Origin: a virus
Taxonomy: Duplodnaviria > Caudoviricetes
Strand: one strand, 5' to 3'
Length of the DNA stretch: 44,084 nt
Virus record (IMG/VR): IMGVR_UViG_3300012940_000012
Span: 1 to 44,084 of that record
This document shows positions 41,107 through 44,084 of this stretch, one piece after another. The notes below the pieces were generated by a model, which searched no databases, was not told the origin of the DNA, and saw only the letters and a program-made list of their open reading frames with translations. The translations under genes and the position numbers were made by a program. Numbering within the stretch: position 1 is the stretch's first letter; every line of letters begins with the position of its first letter.

Positions 41107-42363
41107 ATGAAGCTCCGCGTCCCCTATTTCGTCTGGCGCGACGGCCGCCCGCGGTGGGTGCCCGGCCCGAAGCTGCGCAAGTTGAAATGGAAGGGCCGCG
41201 ACCTCAAAGACGCGCAGGGCAACTGGCTCAACTACGGCGACGCCATCAACGCGGCGATCGCCATCAACAAAGAGGTCGAGGACTGGCGCGCGCGCGACGG
41301 CAGCGGCACGCGCCCGCGCCAGGCGCCGAAGAAGGTCGCGCGATCCTGCCGTTTGCTCGCCGACCTCTGGTACAAGTCGCCGGAGTTCCGCCGCCTCGGC
41401 GAGGGCACACGCAGCGATTACACCAACAAGCTCGAGGTGTTTCTCGCCTCGTCGATAGACCCGGACAACGAGGACGAGACGGCCACCTTCGCCGACGTGC
41501 CGGTGAAGGCACTCGGCCGCGCCGTCATTAAGGGCTATTGGCGCCTGCAGTACGACGAGCGCGGGCACTCGATGGCCAACGGGATCATCGCTGTGGTGCG
41601 CGCAATGCTGACGCATGCGACTGACCTCGAATGGATCGAGATCAATCCGGCTTTCAAGCTGAAGCTGCCCGTGGTCGACCCGCGCGTGGCCTTCTGGTCG
41701 CCGGCGAAGGTAGAGGCGTTCGTCAAGACGGCCGACACCATGCACCGCAAGCCGGACGAGCGTTCGGCCCCGAAGCCGAATGAGCCGCTGATCGGGCTGC
41801 AGTCGATCGCCGATGCGGTGATTATCGCGCTGCATTCGGGCCAACGCCAGGGCGACGTGCTGGAGATGCCGCCGCGGATCTTCGAGCAGCAGCGCATCGC
41901 GCTCTCGCAGTTCAAGACCAGCGCCCTTGTCGATGCCCCGATGACACCGCAGCTGCAGGCGCGCGTGGCGGCGATCAAGGAGCGCTGGAAGGCGAAGGGG
42001 ATCGTGGCGCTCGAGGCGCTGGTAATCGACGAGCGCACCGGCAGGCGTTGGACGTCGGACGCCTTCCGCAAGGCGTTCCGCGACGTGCGTGCCGAGACGG
42101 TGAAGCGGCACCCCGAGCTATGCGAGCACGAGCGCTTTCAGCCGGGCATAGATTTGCTGCGCTTTCAGGACCTTCGTGACACGGCGATCACACGCCTCGC
42201 CATGGCCGGCTGTACGCTGCCGGAGATCGCCGCTATATCCGGGCACACGCCGGACCACATCACCAGCGTCATCAAGCACTACCTGGCACTCAACAACAAA
42301 CTCGCCGACGCCGCGATCGGCAAGCTGACCGCGTGGATGCAACGAGAGGGGATAGCACTTTGA
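41107..42363 (+). CDS. int: Tyrosine integrase
   Basis: Catalytic motifs SGQRQGD (R), QFKT (K), FQDLR (QxxR in place of HxxR), ISGH (H), KHY (Y). Confidence 0.95.
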   Translation: MKLRVPYFVWRDGRPRWVPGPKLRKLKWKGRDLKDAQGNWLNYGDAINAAIAINKEVEDWRARDGSGTRPRQAPKKVARSCRLLADLWYKSPEFRRLGEGTRSDYTNKLEVFLASSIDPDNEDETATFADVPVKALGRAVIKGYWRLQYDERGHSMANGIIAVVRAMLTHATDLEWIEINPAFKLKLPVVDPRVAFWSPAKVEAFVKTADTMHRKPDERSAPKPNEPLIGLQSIADAVIIALHSGQRQGDVLEMPPRIFEQQRIALSQFKTSALVDAPMTPQLQARVAAIKERWKAKGIVALEALVIDERTGRRWTSDAFRKAFRDVRAETVKRHPELCEHERFQPGIDLLRFQDLRDTAITRLAMAGCTLPEIAAISGHTPDHITSVIKHYLALNNKLADAAIGKLTAWMQREGIAL

Positions 42364-42551
42364 GCCTTTTCGAAGTCAACAAGGACTATGATTTTATTAT
42401 GCTTGAGGCGGGCGACGAAGGGCCGGACCAGGTTTCGTTCAGAGCCCGCGTAATCTCCATCGATGGTCCATTGATCAGGACCGAGCAAGGCGGCTACGAG
42501 CAGATAATCAACACCCAATCACCCTACTTCGTCAGTGCGAAGCGGCGCTGA
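42360..42551 (+). CDS. Small hypothetical protein
   Basis: TTG start overlapping the integrase stop, GAGGGG RBS; lower GC. Confidence 0.55.
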   Translation: MSLFEVNKDYDFIMLEAGDEGPDQVSFRARVISIDGPLIRTEQGGYEQIINTQSPYFVSAKRR

Positions 42552-42553
42552 GC

Positions 42554-42757
42554 ATGACCCCGGACGAGCTCGCCCTACACGCGATCGCCTACGCGATTGG
42601 CCAGACGCCGCTCCGCCCGCGGAGCCGCGTCGCGGCGGATAACGACGCGGCAAAGCTGGCGGCGGCGCGAGTCATTCTCGAGCATTTAAAACTGAGCGGC
42701 TTCACCGTTACGCCCGGGCAGGGGGCTGCGCTGCACTCGACCAGCGGAGGGCGTTGA
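42554..42757 (+). CDS. Small hypothetical protein
   Basis: Starts 2 bp after the previous stop; helical. Confidence 0.55.
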   Translation: MTPDELALHAIAYAIGQTPLRPRSRVAADNDAAKLAAARVILEHLKLSGFTVTPGQGAALHSTSGGR

Positions 42758-42791
42758 GACGTAGCCGCGGCAAACCGATGAAATATCTCTC

Positions 42792-43943
42792 ATGAGCGTT
42801 TGGTACGAAATAAAATTCCTCGAAAGTGCTACAAACACGCGGCAGCTTCTCGGCCGGAATACAGGCCGTCTTCTAAGCATGTCGACGGCTCGAGAGATTT
42901 CGGTCTGCCTTCAGCAAGGACGGCTGTACTTCGAAGCCGCAGAAGCTGCGCCGATACAGATTAAGCCGCTACAAATCTACTACGGTGTCGTCGCGTTCGC
43001 TCAAGCCGTTATTGTTGCCACAAGAGGATCGTCGCTATCGACCTTGGCGCGTAGCCACGGTCTGAGTGACGTTACTTCAGCTGGTGCAGGCATCGAGAGC
43101 TTAGCGTTACGGTTCGAAAATGCGGGTACGTTTCAGGAGTTTAGTGATGCGATCGCGCCGCTAGGCGGGATACACTACTTCGATAAATCGATGCCTCGGC
43201 TCATCGCAAAGGCTTTCGATGGCTCTCGAAGTTTGCGGGGACAGCAGGTCACCATACGAGAGATTCTGTCCCGGGTGCCGGGATTGTCAGGCCTATACCA
43301 GCAGACATTTACTGAGGCGGCGAACAACGTTCCAATCATGTTGCGCTTTGAAGAGCCCCCTGGCGGCCAGTGCACGCTGAGAATCGACGACCCGGATCTG
43401 TACTCTACCCGTGAGGAACTAGTTGCAACGATCCTGAGGTGGCGTGCTGCGTATCCGTTCTTAACGCGATGGCGTTTTTTGGAAGCGACCCATGCATGGG
43501 GAAACGCGATCCTGGTGTTTGATAACGAGGAGGGCGCACCTGGCGACGATCTATCAGCCGACTATATCGTCCATAATGGCACGAATGAATATTCTCGACG
43601 TGTCGAACGGGGGGGCACAAGCCACTACATACGGGTGGAGGACATACTGCCCCCGCTATCCGGGGGGATTGTGGACGCTCCACAGTATGCGATGCGTCCA
43701 CTCGCAGGCGTCCTATTGCCGGAATACTCACTGCAGGTGTTGGGTTGCTTTTTGCTCAGTTCGCTTGTCCGATACCGGCCGCAGGTTTGGCAAAATACTA
43801 TTTCCAGATCAGTGACAGCTCAAACGCCAGCTGATGATCGATCGCTTTCGCTCATCGAGAAGTTTCTGGACGATGTGCTGGTGGACTTTCCCAAGATGGT
43901 CGTGCGGATTATGCACGATCGGCGCTTCTTGGATGCGAGGTGA
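42792..43943 (+). CDS. YaaC-like protein (function unknown; cargo)
   Basis: QGRLYFEAA...IKPLQIYYG...HGL and LSSLVRYRPQVW motifs recalled for the YaaC family; visibly lower GC. Confidence 0.8.
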   Translation: MSVWYEIKFLESATNTRQLLGRNTGRLLSMSTAREISVCLQQGRLYFEAAEAAPIQIKPLQIYYGVVAFAQAVIVATRGSSLSTLARSHGLSDVTSAGAGIESLALRFENAGTFQEFSDAIAPLGGIHYFDKSMPRLIAKAFDGSRSLRGQQVTIREILSRVPGLSGLYQQTFTEAANNVPIMLRFEEPPGGQCTLRIDDPDLYSTREELVATILRWRAAYPFLTRWRFLEATHAWGNAILVFDNEEGAPGDDLSADYIVHNGTNEYSRRVERGGTSHYIRVEDILPPLSGGIVDAPQYAMRPLAGVLLPEYSLQVLGCFLLSSLVRYRPQVWQNTISRSVTAQTPADDRSLSLIEKFLDDVLVDFPKMVVRIMHDRRFLDAR

Positions 43944-43956
43944 CGGCGAAGGACGG

Positions 43957-43968
43957 CGTGAGACTTTG
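43957..43968. promoter_or_regulatory. Candidate integrase arm-type site
   Basis: CGTGAGACTTTG identical to 118-129; inverted partial copy AGTCTCA at 44001-44007. Confidence 0.5.
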
Positions 43969-44037
43969 CCACCAAAGACGCCCTAATGGGACGGTGCCGC
44001 AGTCTCATCGGCCGTTGAGATCGTTAACGAGCGACGC

Positions 44038-44084
44038 ACTCTTAATCAGCGGGTCGAAGGTTCGAATCCTTCATCACCCACCAT
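44038..44084 (+). repeat. att core, right copy (tRNA 3' fragment only)
   Basis: 47/47 identity with 1-47; the upstream sequence lacks a tRNA D-arm or acceptor 5' strand. Confidence 0.97.

Larger units (their letters stand above)
1..44084. mobile_element. Complete temperate prophage (podovirus-like, BPP-1/epsilon15-type structural module) integrated in tRNA-Lys(CTT)
   Basis: Identical 47-bp terminal direct repeats, tyrosine integrase, cI/cro switch, replication, packaging, capsid, short-tail and lysis modules; no tape-measure gene and no obvious disrupted core gene. Confidence 0.96.

Noticed and set aside
44038-44084. Second intact tRNA-Lys
   Set aside because: The upstream sequence does not form a D-arm or acceptor stem; it is only the att duplicate

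Overview
The window is one complete ~44 kb temperate prophage, bounded by an exact 47-bp direct repeat (1-47 and 44038-44084) that is the 3' half of a tRNA-Lys(CTT) gene. High GC and gene content suggest an alphaproteobacterial host (inference). The virion module (minus strand, ~2.7-28 kb) has a BPP-1/epsilon15-like podovirus layout: TerS, TerL, portal, scaffold, capsid, cement, tail adaptor and nozzle, four internal virion proteins, beta-helix tailspike, TIGR02594-type lysin and overlapping spanins. An O-acyltransferase moron converges on the tailspike. Next come a repeat-rich candidate origin, a helicase and a Toprim primase, a cluster holding Tad2-like and Tad1-like signal-sponge genes plus unknown neighbours, a cro/cI switch, an early operon ending in a tyrosine integrase, and a YaaC-like cargo gene. 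Most notable: (i) the Tad1+Tad2+unknown anti-defence cluster interleaved with structured RNA elements, (ii) an exact three-copy late-promoter motif CCTACGCCTTTCCA-N15-TAnnnT, (iii) a virion-module protein carrying a ParB-like domain, (iv) an apparently non-cleavable CI, (v) a large palindromic iteron array. All family assignments come from recognising motifs by eye; no database search was run.
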